The notes beneath the pieces were generated by a model, which saw nothing but the letters and a program-made list of their open reading frames with translations, searched no databases and was not told the DNA's origin. This document shows, in pieces, positions 1 through 9,389 of a stretch of 64,000 bases of DNA. Position 1 is the stretch's first letter. Each line of letters starts with the position of its first letter. This stretch comes from Syntrophales bacterium. Lineage in GTDB: Bacteria > Desulfobacterota > Syntrophia > Syntrophales > UBA6807. A program made the translations under genes and the position numbers. The stretch is from assembly GCA_040767195.1 (NCBI GenBank), contig JAXGPA010000001.1:384001-448000 (forward strand). Direction: 5' to 3'.

Positions 1-80
1 GCTTGAAGCTCCCGGGCGAATTCCACAATGCCCCGCTTGTCGGTGACACTGATGAGCGCTCTTCGAATCGGATGGTTCAT
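1..80 (-). CDS. purH: Bifunctional AICAR formyltransferase/IMP cyclohydrolase, N-terminal fragment (runs off window)
   Basis: Not in ORF track. Reverse strand from ATG at 80 reads MNHPIRRALISVTDKRGIVEFARELQ, the typical PurH N-terminus; directly downstream of purD. Confidence 0.8.
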   Translation of the reverse strand, partial: MNHPIRRALISVTDKRGIVEFARELQ

Positions 81-188
81 CCTTCGAAATCCTTTCTTGT
101 GGTGTCGATAATGCCGGCCGCTGAAAAAAGTGACCCCGCAGGATCGGCCCCGGCCTGCAGGTTCATCTATTTCGGACGAGGCCCTGTC

Positions 189-1520
189 TCAGGCCCCGGA
201 ACGGATTTTTTCCATGTGCCGGACCCGCTTTTCCAGAAGGGGCTTCGTCCCGATGTCGGGCCGGTGGTCTACCGGTCCCCCGATGGCGGAAACGGCTTCC
301 TCGGCCATGTTCTCGGCCTTTTCCAGGGTCTCGGAGATCCCCACGACGCCGATGGCCCGGGAGGTGCTCATGTAGAGACCGTCGGGGCGGCGGTCCACCG
401 AGGCATAGTACAGCCTCGCCCCTTTCACGTCCCCCACGTCGATTTTCGCCGCCGTGGAACGGGCGTCGGGGTGGTCCGCCGGAAGGCCGTATCCCCGGGG
501 CACCACGTATTTGCACACGGTGGCCTTCTTCTCGAAGGTCACGTCGAGGTCCCCCAGGGTCCCGTCGATAATGGCCCGGCATAGGTCCACGAAATCGGTC
601 TTCAGAAGGGGCAGGACGTTCATGGCCTCGGGGTCGCCGAACCGGGCGTTGTACTCGAGAAGCCGTACGCCGCCCGCGGTGACGATAAACCCGCCGTACA
701 TGACTCCCTTGTAAAGGTCCCCCGTTTCCCGGCGGAGAGCGTCGGCGATGGCCTCGGTGATCCCGAGTCCCGCCGTCACGTCTTCACTCTTCAAAAACGG
801 AAGGAGATGGTCTTCCGCCGAGTAAGACCCCATGCCTCCCGTGTTGGGCCCCCGATCATCCACGAACCGCCGCTTGTGATCCTGGACGGGCGGCGTGGCG
901 ACGACGGTTTTCCCGTCGCACAGGCACTGGAGGGAGAACTCTTCCCCTTCCAGTTTCTCCTCCACGATGACCGACCCGTGCGCCTTCAAAATAGCCCGGC
1001 AATGTTGGAGAGCTTCTTTCCTGTCAGCGAAGTGGTCGCCCTGCACGAGAACGCCCTTCCCCCCTGTCAGGCCGTCCGGTTTCACCACGACCGCTTCCAG
1101 CCCGGCCATGAACGGTTCGATTCCCCGTTCGTCTCCGAAAACCCGGAACCGGGGGTTCCCTGGTATGCCGTATTTCTCGAGGAGGTTTCTCGTGAAAGTC
1201 TTGGACGTCTCGAGGCGGGCCAGGCTTTTCGTCGGTCCCACCGAAGGGATTCCCAGGGACGCGAGGAAATCGACCACGCCCCCGTTCAAGGGGTCCTCGG
1301 GCCCGATGACGGCGAAATCGATGTCCTTTCCCCGGCAGAAACGGCCAAGGCCCTCCCGGTCCCCGTAGGAGCCGATTGCCGTTTCCGCGGACAGGCCCGC
1401 GATACCCGGGTTGTTCGCCTTCATGTAAGAAAAAAGCTGAGGCTCGTAATGTGAGCGGACGGCGGTTTCTGCGAGGACGTGCTCCCTCGCCCCGTTGCCT
1501 ATGAGAAGTATGCGAACCAT
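189..1520 (-). CDS. purD: Phosphoribosylamine--glycine ligase
   Basis: GNGAREH, IGPEDPL, LETSKTF, KPDGLTGGKGV, GPNTGGMG, EYNARFGDPE motifs; GGGAGG RBS. Confidence 0.97.
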   Translation of the reverse strand: MVRILLIGNGAREHVLAETAVRSHYEPQLFSYMKANNPGIAGLSAETAIGSYGDREGLGRFCRGKDIDFAVIGPEDPLNGGVVDFLASLGIPSVGPTKSLARLETSKTFTRNLLEKYGIPGNPRFRVFGDERGIEPFMAGLEAVVVKPDGLTGGKGVLVQGDHFADRKEALQHCRAILKAHGSVIVEEKLEGEEFSLQCLCDGKTVVATPPVQDHKRRFVDDRGPNTGGMGSYSAEDHLLPFLKSEDVTAGLGITEAIADALRRETGDLYKGVMYGGFIVTAGGVRLLEYNARFGDPEAMNVLPLLKTDFVDLCRAIIDGTLGDLDVTFEKKATVCKYVVPRGYGLPADHPDARSTAAKIDVGDVKGARLYYASVDRRPDGLYMSTSRAIGVVGISETLEKAENMAEEAVSAIGGPVDHRPDIGTKPLLEKRVRHMEKIRSGA

Positions 1521-1556
1521 GATCCCCTCCCGGTCCGAAAGACGGAAACTGGCAGA

Positions 1557-1585
1557 ACTATATCGGAATATGATTTTCCCGTCAA
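1557..1585 (-). promoter_or_regulatory. sigma70-type promoter for purD-purH
   Basis: TTGACG-17 nt-TATAGT on minus strand, ~37 nt upstream of the purD ATG. Confidence 0.6.
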
Positions 1586-1803
1586 ATGGGATGAATCCCC
1601 CCGAAAAGACCAGCGCCGGCGGGTGGACACCGGGGAACGGCGAGGCCTGCCGGGGGTCTCAACATCCCCGGGTTCCATGTTGACATTTCCCCCCGATGAA
1701 GGTAGTTAAAATAAGAGGTCCGGCAGCGGGCCGGCACGCCAGGATACCGGGGGTAGGGACGGCCTCCCGGAACATGAATATTTGCCGTCGGGTTGTTGAG
1801 CCG

Positions 1804-3075
1804 TTGGATTTTCCGATTCCCTTCGAACTCGTCATCCTTTTTTCCCTCCTTTTTCTGTCCGGTTTCTTCTCCGGTTCGGAGGCGTCTCTTTTTTTCCTGT
1901 CTCCCCTCCATCTGCACAAGATGGAAGAGGACCGGAGTCCCTTCGCGGCCTTCGTCCGCCGCCTCCTGGCCCGCCCGAGGCGGCTTCTTATCTCCATTCT
2001 CGTTGGAAACGAGGCGGTGAACATCACCATCGCCGTCATCGCCACGTCCTTTTTTCTGACCCTTTTCGGTCCTGCGGGGAAATGGGTCTCCATAGCCGTT
2101 ACGACGACGGCGATCCTTGTTTTCGGGGAGGCTCTCCCCAAAGTTCTGGCGGTCAATTACCCCATTCGTTTTTCTTCCTTCGTGTCCCTCCCCCTGACCG
2201 TCTTTTCCCTGGTCATACGCCCCGCCGTCTTCGTTCTTGAAAAGATTTCCGATCTCTTCGTCCATCTTCTCGGGCGGGGAATCACCACACCCGCACCGGC
2301 GGTCATGGAAGAGGAATTCATTTCTCTCGTCGATGCCGGCCACCGGGAAGGGGCCCTCCAGGAGGCCCAGAAAAAGATGATCCACCGGGTTTTCGAACTG
2401 TCGGACATTACCGCCGAGGAAATCATGATTCCCCGGGTGGACATGTTCTGCCTTCCCGTCTCCATGACCCCCGACGCCATGGCGAAAGAAATGATCCGGT
2501 CCCGTTTCTCCCGGGCGCCGGTGTACGGCGCCGACCGGGACGACATACGGGGGATCCTCCACGCGCGGGATCTTCTCGCCGAAATCCGGAAAGGGAAAAA
2601 GGCCTTTTCCGTCAGGAAGATTTTGAAAAAACCCCACTACATCCCTCTCGAGAGAAGCGCCGAAAACGTCATGCGGGACCTGCAGGCCAGAAAAATGCAG
2701 ATGGCCATCGTGGTGGACGAGTTCGGCGGTGTCGAGGGTCTCGTCACCATGAGCGACATATTGGAAACCCTGGTGGGGGATTTTTCCGACGGGTTCCGTG
2801 AACACGAGAAAGGCTTTCACCCTCTGGGCGACGGGACCTGGGTCGTCGCGGGCACCGCGGACATCGAGAAGTTCAACGAAATGCTCGGCACTTCCCTTCC
2901 CGCAGAGGACTTTGACACCATCGGAGGTCTCGTTTTCCATCTTTTCGGGGCCCTTCCCCAGAGGGGGAACGAGGTGGCTTACGGTAACCTGGTTTTCAAG
3001 GTGGAAAAGATCGGGCGCACCCGGATTCTCCGGCTTCGGGTCCGTCGGACGGGGGAGGAACCACCCCGTGGATGA
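1804..3075 (+). CDS. CNNM/CorB-type membrane protein (DUF21 TM + CBS pair + CorC-like C-terminus)
   Basis: SGFFSGSEASLF, ILVGNEAVN, FGEALPK, FSRAPVY, VVDEFGGVEGLVT, DTIGG motifs. Start placed at TTG 1804 (uncertain; ORF is open from 1696). Confidence 0.9.
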   Translation: MDFPIPFELVILFSLLFLSGFFSGSEASLFFLSPLHLHKMEEDRSPFAAFVRRLLARPRRLLISILVGNEAVNITIAVIATSFFLTLFGPAGKWVSIAVTTTAILVFGEALPKVLAVNYPIRFSSFVSLPLTVFSLVIRPAVFVLEKISDLFVHLLGRGITTPAPAVMEEEFISLVDAGHREGALQEAQKKMIHRVFELSDITAEEIMIPRVDMFCLPVSMTPDAMAKEMIRSRFSRAPVYGADRDDIRGILHARDLLAEIRKGKKAFSVRKILKKPHYIPLERSAENVMRDLQARKMQMAIVVDEFGGVEGLVTMSDILETLVGDFSDGFREHEKGFHPLGDGTWVVAGTADIEKFNEMLGTSLPAEDFDTIGGLVFHLFGALPQRGNEVAYGNLVFKVEKIGRTRILRLRVRRTGEEPPRG

Positions 3076-4366
3076 CCTCCTGATTCTCACGCTCGTCTTG
3101 CTCTTTCTCCTTCTGGAAGGCCTGTTCTCGGGAGGTGAAATAGCGCTGGTGTCCTCGGACATCAACAAGATACGGGGGCATGCCCGCAGAGGGTCGCGAT
3201 CCGCCCGGATCACCCTGGATCTCATGGAACGGCCCGAGTGGTTTCTCTCCACGACCCTGACGGGGACAAACCTGTGCGTCGTTTCCAACACGGCCCTCGC
3301 CACGGTTTTCTTCATTTCCCTCTTCGGTCCCGCCGAAGGGGAACGGATCACCGCGGCGGTCATGATCCCCCTTCTGCTCGTTTTCGGCGAGATCGTGCCG
3401 AAGAGCGTTTTTCAGCAGCACGCCGAAACCATCGCCCTGCGTGTTTCCTGGTTTATCTGGATCGCTTCGTGGATCCTCTACCCCCTTGTCCTCATGATTT
3501 CCAAAATATCCCGGATGGCCGTCCACCTCCTTTCCCGGGGCATCGGAATCTTTCAATACCCCTGCATTACCCGGGGCGGGCTCAAGTACCTTCTCACGAA
3601 CACGGCTGAAAGTGACATTCTCAAGACGGAACAGGAAATGATCGGGCGCATCTTCGACATCACCGAAGCCACCGCCGGCCGGATCATGACACCGCTCTCC
3701 GCCATGACGGCTCTCCCCGTGGACGCCACCCTTCACGAAGCGGCCGGCCTTTTCGCCGAAAGGGGCTATTCCCGGATCCCCCTCTACCGGGAGCGGATTT
3801 TCAACATCGTCGGGATTCTCCGGTCTTTCGACATCCTGGAGGCTCTCTACGGAACGCCGCCGGACGGCAACGCCCCGGCACCGCGGGACACCGTCGAGGG
3901 GTCCATGAAGGAAACGCCCCTCTACATCCCCGAGAGCAAGTCGGCCATGGCTCTTCTTTTCGAACTCCAGAAACAGGGAAACCACATGGCCGTCGTCGTG
4001 GACGAGTACGGCGGGGCCCTGGGAATCGTCACCATCGAAGACATCCTGGAGGAGATCGTCGGGGAGATCGAAAATGAGTACACCGAAGAGGGACAGATCC
4101 TCTACAGCCGTGTCGGGCCCGGGAAATATCTTTTCAACGGGCAGGCGAAGATGGAAATCCTCCGGAAACTCATCGCCGTCGATTTCCCCGATGGAGAGTA
4201 CGAGACCCTGGCGGGCTTCCTTCTCAACAGCATGGGAAAGATCCCAAAGAGAAACGAGATCTTCCGGATGGACCCCATCCTTTTCGTCATCGAGGACGGT
4301 GACATGAAATCCATCCGGAACGTGCTTGTCATCCTGCCCCCGGGAATGGAATTGATGAAAGGGTGA
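3068..4366 (+). CDS. Second CNNM/CorB-type membrane protein (tandem paralogue)
   Basis: [61 protein letters not shown] at 3068 overlaps the upstream stop. Confidence 0.9.
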   Translation: MDDLLILTLVLLFLLLEGLFSGGEIALVSSDINKIRGHARRGSRSARITLDLMERPEWFLSTTLTGTNLCVVSNTALATVFFISLFGPAEGERITAAVMIPLLLVFGEIVPKSVFQQHAETIALRVSWFIWIASWILYPLVLMISKISRMAVHLLSRGIGIFQYPCITRGGLKYLLTNTAESDILKTEQEMIGRIFDITEATAGRIMTPLSAMTALPVDATLHEAAGLFAERGYSRIPLYRERIFNIVGILRSFDILEALYGTPPDGNAPAPRDTVEGSMKETPLYIPESKSAMALLFELQKQGNHMAVVVDEYGGALGIVTIEDILEEIVGEIENEYTEEGQILYSRVGPGKYLFNGQAKMEILRKLIAVDFPDGEYETLAGFLLNSMGKIPKRNEIFRMDPILFVIEDGDMKSIRNVLVILPPGMELMKG

Positions 4367-4368
4367 CC

Positions 4369-5148
4369 ATGAAAAAAACATCGCCGTCCCCCCGGCCGCT
4401 GGCGGCCCTTATCCTCGCCGCCGGTAAAGGAACCCGTATGGGGTCCTCCCTGGCCAAGGTCCTCCACCCCCTGGACAACCGGCCCATGATTCAGTACTCC
4501 ATCGACCTGGCCGAGAACCTCGGAGCCGACCCGGTGGTCCTCGTTGTCGGGCACCAGAAAGATGCCGTCATGGACGCCCTGAGGGGTCGAAAGGTCCTCT
4601 TCGCAGAACAGAACGAACAGCGCGGGACAGGCCATGCCGTGGCCCAGGCCGGGGAATGTCTCCGGTCCTTTCCGGGCGACATCCTCATTCTGTGCGGGGA
4701 TGTCCCCCTTCTCAAGGAAAAAACGCTCGAGGCGCTCATCGGTCACCACGGGTCCACCGGGGCGGCCGTCACCGTCCTGACGACGGTCCTCGATGACCCG
4801 GGCCGTTACGGCAGGGTCGTCAAAACAGCCGACGGGCGGGTCCTTCGAATCGTGGAAGAACGGGACGCCACGCAAGAAGAGAGGGAAGTGAAGGAAATCA
4901 ACACGGGAATCTACTGCGCCGACGGGCGTTTCCTCTTCGATGCCGTTTCCCGGATCACCGACGACAACGCCCAGGGGGAATACTACCTGACGGACATCTT
5001 CCAAATCGCCCTGGAAAGAGGATACGAGACGGCGTCCATGGTCTGCCCGGACCCCCACGACGTCATGGGGATCAACACCCCGGAGGAACTGAAGGACGCG
5101 GAACGGCGCCTTCGGCTTCGAAAGACGGTGCCGGACAGCCCTCCATAA
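4369..5148 (+). CDS. GlmU-like sugar-1-phosphate uridyltransferase domain only (no acetyltransferase beta-helix)
   Basis: ILAAGKGTRM..S...KVLH, EQRGTGHAV, GDVPLL, YGRVV, EINTGIY, NAQGEYYLTD, GINT motifs; stops at ~260 aa. Confidence 0.88.
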   Translation: MKKTSPSPRPLAALILAAGKGTRMGSSLAKVLHPLDNRPMIQYSIDLAENLGADPVVLVVGHQKDAVMDALRGRKVLFAEQNEQRGTGHAVAQAGECLRSFPGDILILCGDVPLLKEKTLEALIGHHGSTGAAVTVLTTVLDDPGRYGRVVKTADGRVLRIVEERDATQEEREVKEINTGIYCADGRFLFDAVSRITDDNAQGEYYLTDIFQIALERGYETASMVCPDPHDVMGINTPEELKDAERRLRLRKTVPDSPP

Positions 5149-5206
5149 AGCGGCAACGCTTTTATCCTTGCAAAAGCACCGTTAAAAAGGTAAGAAGGCG
5201 GGACGA

Positions 5207-7009
5207 TTGAATAAAACACTTTGGTTCCCCTTCACGGCACGGCACCCTATGGAAAAATCCCCGCCCGCCCTTCCCTTCCGGATGAACGAAAACGCCGTCA
5301 TGATCGTCATGGCGGTCATCGTTGGTATTTTGGGGGGATACGGCGCCGTCGCCTTCCGCTGGCTCATCGGATTCTTTCAGAACCTCTTCTTCGGACAGGG
5401 AACGGGAACCTTTCTGGATTACCTCCTCGGGCTTCCCTGGTACTCCCGCCTCATCCCGCCCGTCATCGGCGGCCTGATCGTCGGGCCCCTGGTCTATTTC
5501 CTCGCCCGGGAAGCCAAGGGCCACGGCGTGCCCGAGGTCATGGAGGCCGTCGCCCTCCGGGGCGGGTTCATCCGGAAGCGGGTCGTCTTCATCAAGGCCT
5601 TCGCCTCGGCCATCTGTATCGCCTCGGGGGGCTCGGCAGGGCGGGAGGGCCCCATTGTCCAGATCGGTTCCGCCATCGGCTCGGCCTTCGGCCAGGTCCT
5701 CCGGGTTTCCGCCGACCGGATGCGGACCCTTGTGGGCTGCGGGGCCGCCGCGGGTATCGCGGCCACCTTCAATGCCCCCATCGCCGGCGTCATGTTCGCC
5801 ATGGAAATCATTCTCGGTGAATTCGGCATCGCCACGTTCAGCCCCATCGTCGTTTCTTCCGTCATGGCCACGGTGATTTCCCGGGCCTACCTGGGCAATT
5901 ATCCCGCTTTCATCGTTCCCCAGTACTCCCTGGTGAGCCTCTATGAAATCCCCTTGTACATTCTGCTGGGCGTCGTGGCCGGTTTTGTCGGAATGGGCTT
6001 CACCACCTTCCTCTATAAAATGGAAGACCTCTTTAACCGGGTGTCGATCCCCGAATACATCAAGCCCGCCATCGGGGGACTGATCGTCGGCGCTATCGGG
6101 ATTTTCTTCCCTCACATTTTCGGCGTGGGATACGACGCCATCGAGCTGGCCATTCAGGGTAACATGACCTTTCTCCTCCTCTTCTCTCTGATTTTCATCA
6201 AGATTTTAGCCACCTCTCTCACCCTGGGCTCCGGCGGTTCCGGCGGCGTCTTTGCCCCTTCCCTCTTCATCGGCGCCATGACCGGCGGGGCATTCGGCTA
6301 TCTGGCCCACACGCTCTTTCCGGGAGCCACGGCCACCTCGGGGGCTTACAGCCTCGTCGGCATGGGCGCGGTCCTCGCGGCGGCCACTCACGGCCCCATC
6401 AACGGGATCCTCATCCTCTTCGAAATGACGGGAAGCTACAAGATCATTCTCCCGCTCATGCTGTCGTGCATCATCAGCGCCGTCCTGGCAAGCCAGATCA
6501 AGCGGGAATCCATTTACACCCTCAAGCTCATCCGCCGGGGCGTGAACATCCGGGCGGGACGGGACGTGAACGTCATGCGATCCCTGCTGGTCCGGGACGC
6601 CATGACCCGGGACGTGGTGACCGTTTCGGAGAACATGCCTCTGAAAGACCTCGTACGGTTCACCCTGGGAAGCAAATACGCGAGCTTTCCCGTGGTCGAC
6701 CGGGAAGGGTTTCTTTCCGGGATCATCACGTTCCAGGACTTCAAGGAAGTTATCTACGAGGAAGGATTGGAACACCTCGTCGTGGCGGGGGACATCGCCA
6801 CGCGGGGGGTCATCACCATCACGGAAAACGAAAGCCTCAACCGGGCCCTCCAGAAAATCGGGTTCCGGAACATCGAGCAGCTCCCCGTGGTGGAGGAGGC
6901 GAACCCCCGGGTTATCAAGGGCATCCTTTCCCGGAGGGACATCTTCGCCGCCTACAACAAGGCTCTTATCGACCGGTCCCTGGCCGAGGGGATGCAGAAA
7001 AAAGGATAG
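5207..7009 (+). CDS. ClC-family Cl-/H+ transporter with C-terminal CBS pair
   Basis: GHGVPE, GREGP (gating Glu), FNAPIAG, GGVFAPSL, SIY motifs and two CBS repeats. True start may be 5249 or 5282. Confidence 0.93.
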   Translation: MNKTLWFPFTARHPMEKSPPALPFRMNENAVMIVMAVIVGILGGYGAVAFRWLIGFFQNLFFGQGTGTFLDYLLGLPWYSRLIPPVIGGLIVGPLVYFLAREAKGHGVPEVMEAVALRGGFIRKRVVFIKAFASAICIASGGSAGREGPIVQIGSAIGSAFGQVLRVSADRMRTLVGCGAAAGIAATFNAPIAGVMFAMEIILGEFGIATFSPIVVSSVMATVISRAYLGNYPAFIVPQYSLVSLYEIPLYILLGVVAGFVGMGFTTFLYKMEDLFNRVSIPEYIKPAIGGLIVGAIGIFFPHIFGVGYDAIELAIQGNMTFLLLFSLIFIKILATSLTLGSGGSGGVFAPSLFIGAMTGGAFGYLAHTLFPGATATSGAYSLVGMGAVLAAATHGPINGILILFEMTGSYKIILPLMLSCIISAVLASQIKRESIYTLKLIRRGVNIRAGRDVNVMRSLLVRDAMTRDVVTVSENMPLKDLVRFTLGSKYASFPVVDREGFLSGIITFQDFKEVIYEEGLEHLVVAGDIATRGVITITENESLNRALQKIGFRNIEQLPVVEEANPRVIKGILSRRDIFAAYNKALIDRSLAEGMQKKG

Positions 7010-7011
7010 CC

Positions 7012-8040
7012 ATGGCCGGGCCCAATGCCCCGGGGGCTCTTTTGAGGCCCCTTCAAATCGGGGGTCTCTTTCTACCCCGCAACCTCCTCCTGGCGCCGCT
7101 GGCGGGCATCACCGATCTTGTCTTCCGCACCGTGGTGAGGCCCTGGGGCTGCGCCCTGGCCTTCACCGAGATGGTGAGCGCCCGGGGACTTACCCAGGAA
7201 GACGGACGGAGCCGCCGCTATCTCGCCACCGATAAAACGGACCGTCCCCTGGGGGTTCAGCTCTTCGGCTCGGAACCGGGAATTCTTGCCGAAGCGGCCC
7301 GGTTCGTCGCCGGGGAGATGGATGTGGACGTTATCGACTTCAACATGGGCTGTCCCGTCCGGAAGGTCCTGAAGGCGGGCTCCGGGGCCGCCCTTCTCCG
7401 GGACCCGCTCAAGGTGTCCCGGATTCTCGAGGCTCTCCGGCGGGCCGTTACCCTGCCCCTGACCGTCAAGATCCGGTCCGGGTGGACTGATCATTCGAGA
7501 AACTACCGGGAAATGGGCAAGATCGCCGCGGCATCCGGTGTGGACGCCGTAACCCTCCACCCCCGGACGGCGAACCAGGGGTTCTCCGGAACCGCCCGCT
7601 GGCAGGACATCGGCGAGCTCAAGGCGGACCTCACCCTCCCCGTCATCGGAAGCGGGGACATTCGGAACCCCGAAGACGCCCGCCGCATGCTCGAGGAAAC
7701 GGGGTGCGACGCCGTCATGATCGGCCGGGGCGCCCTGGGGCGCCCCTGGATTTTCACGGAAACGGCGGCTTATCTCGAAACGGGCGTGGTACCACCGCCC
7801 CCGACACCGGAGAAAAAGCTCGCAGTCGTCCTGGACCATTTCGAAAAAAGCCTTGATTTTTACGGGGAGCGGTGGGGAATCCGGACGTTTCGGAAACACC
7901 TGGCCTGGTACACGAAAGGCATTGCCGGCGGGGCGGCCTTCCGCAGGCGGGCCGTCGTTCTGGAAGACAGGGAAACCCTGCTCGCGGAAACCCGAAGGTT
8001 CTTTGGAGACCTCGAAAAGAATCCCTCACGGGAAGCCTGA
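7012..8040 (+). CDS. dusB: tRNA-dihydrouridine synthase B
   Basis: LAPLAGITD, TEMVSA, VQLFG, DFNMGCP, VKIRSGW, HPRT, GDI, MIGRG..GRPWIF, RKHLAWY; ATG 3 nt after the ClC stop. Confidence 0.92.
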   Translation: MAGPNAPGALLRPLQIGGLFLPRNLLLAPLAGITDLVFRTVVRPWGCALAFTEMVSARGLTQEDGRSRRYLATDKTDRPLGVQLFGSEPGILAEAARFVAGEMDVDVIDFNMGCPVRKVLKAGSGAALLRDPLKVSRILEALRRAVTLPLTVKIRSGWTDHSRNYREMGKIAAASGVDAVTLHPRTANQGFSGTARWQDIGELKADLTLPVIGSGDIRNPEDARRMLEETGCDAVMIGRGALGRPWIFTETAAYLETGVVPPPPTPEKKLAVVLDHFEKSLDFYGERWGIRTFRKHLAWYTKGIAGGAAFRRRAVVLEDRETLLAETRRFFGDLEKNPSREA

Positions 8041-8111
8041 AGGCGGCGACGGCGGCGGACATGCCGGGAAACCGGCGGCGGGATAGCCGGCCGATGACGC
8101 AAACGGGTCTT

Positions 8112-8426
8112 TCAGCGGCCCTCCGATGGAGACTTGGGGCGGAAGGGCATAAACTCGTATTCCTTGCCCTGGACCAGGAAGGCCACCCGGTCTTTCTCGT
8201 TTCGGATGAGCTTTCCCTCCACCACCCGGCGGCAGCCGAAATCATGGAAGGAGATCTGGTGCGTCGGCGCTTCATCCCTGGGAATGGTCCCATAGTACTC
8301 GCTGATCTTGGCTTCGTCGATCTCCCGGATGAAGAGTTTCTGGCAGCGCTCCCGCTCCTCCCGGTCACCGGTGCGGATGGAAACGACGAAGTTCCCGTGG
8401 AAAGGGGTGGGCATTTCGATTTTCAC
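8112..8426 (-). CDS. Hypothetical protein (104 aa)
   Basis: AAGGAGG RBS before GTG; protein-like composition; no recognised motif. Confidence 0.7.
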   Translation of the reverse strand: MKIEMPTPFHGNFVVSIRTGDREERERCQKLFIREIDEAKISEYYGTIPRDEAPTHQISFHDFGCRRVVEGKLIRNEKDRVAFLVQGKEYEFMPFRPKSPSEGR

Positions 8427-8450
8427 GATTTCCTCCTTGACCTTTCCCCG

Positions 8451-8645
8451 TCATTCCTTCCGGGACACCTTGACCATGATGCTCCGGCAGCATTCCCCGT
8501 TCCGGATGACAAACCGGTCGGGCATTTCCGTCAGGGTGTACTGCCCGCTCGCCTCGATCTCGAGATCCTCCCTGGTCATGTTCTCCTGCTTGGGAATGAA
8601 AAGCATCCTTCCTATGGGAATCGCACTCTCCTTGATGATCGCCAT
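8451..8645 (-). CDS. Small hypothetical protein (64 aa, MAIIKESAIP...GECCRSIMVKVSRKE)
   Basis: AGGGGG RBS before ATG 8645; near-consensus promoter upstream. Confidence 0.65.
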   Translation of the reverse strand: MAIIKESAIPIGRMLFIPKQENMTREDLEIEASGQYTLTEMPDRFVIRNGECCRSIMVKVSRKE

Positions 8646-8703
8646 GATCGCCCCCTGGTGCCTGTATTGGGAAAGGACTCCCCCTCCCTGAACAACGCTC
8701 AAA

Positions 8704-8732
8704 ACTATAGGAAAGATCATTCATCCTGTCAA
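8704..8732 (-). promoter_or_regulatory. sigma70-type promoter for the two small minus-strand genes
   Basis: TTGACA-17 nt-TATAGT on minus strand. Confidence 0.7.
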
Positions 8733-9051
8733 GAAGGAAAGGGATATCTGTCAGTAACACGTCAACTGTCCGGGTTTGCAGCACGTGATTTGTCCGATTC
8801 AGGGGGGCCACAGCTGGAAAAAAATAAATCTGTCCCCTTTTTTTTCGTTTTGTGTTACACGTTTTTTGATTGACAAGAGACGAACATTAAACAGCGTGAA
8901 AGGCTCCTTTCCAGCCCCTTCCGGTAAAAAAGGCGGGCAGGGGCGGATACCCGGGAGACGGCCTATCCCGGCAGGCACGCCGCTGTAACGGGAGGCGAAG
9001 GGCGACGACACCTGCGGGGTTCAACAGGGAAACAAAAAAAGGAGGACCCCC

Positions 9052-9261
9052 ATGGATTTAGGAGACCTTGTGGCCATCGATTCCCCCAGGCACCCCCTGA
9101 AAGGGTTCTCGGGCCGGATTGTCGGGCGGCGGGGGGAGTGCGCCCCGGGCGACATCTGGCTTCTCATCTATGTCCGGGACCGGGCCAGGAGTTACCTTGT
9201 CCCCCGGTCCATGGTCCGGCTCATCCGAAAGAAAGACGACCAGCCGACCCCTTTCCCATGA
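9052..9261 (+). CDS. Small hypothetical protein, possible KOW/SH3-like beta-barrel (69 aa)
   Basis: AAGGAGG RBS; GDLVAI...KGFSGRIV pattern resembles a KOW motif. Confidence 0.65.
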   Translation: MDLGDLVAIDSPRHPLKGFSGRIVGRRGECAPGDIWLLIYVRDRARSYLVPRSMVRLIRKKDDQPTPFP

Positions 9262-9389
9262 TGGAAGGAACGTCGCGATGCCCTACCGGTCAACATGGGG
9301 AAAGAGGTTCCTTTTTCCGGAAATGCCGAATGAAGTCTTTCGCTCCTGAGAATTTCTCAGCCTCGTCCCCGGAGCTTCCCGCAAACCCG

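Noticed and set aside
81..188. ZTP (pfl) riboswitch before purH
   Set aside because: The conserved pfl elements are not visible in this spacer or upstream of purD.
5149..5281. Fluoride riboswitch / fluoride-specific ClC
   Set aside because: No crcB-motif sequence upstream; the protein has GHGVP/GREGP rather than the GNNLI/GREGT signature of CLC-F.
8427..8453. TGA stop of the 64-aa ORF is in frame with the downstream 104-aa ORF (possible selenocysteine read-through, given selB)
   Set aside because: No SECIS-like hairpin follows the TGA, the context is not a redox motif, and the downstream gene has its own strong AAGGAGG RBS; in-frame spacing occurs one time in three by chance.
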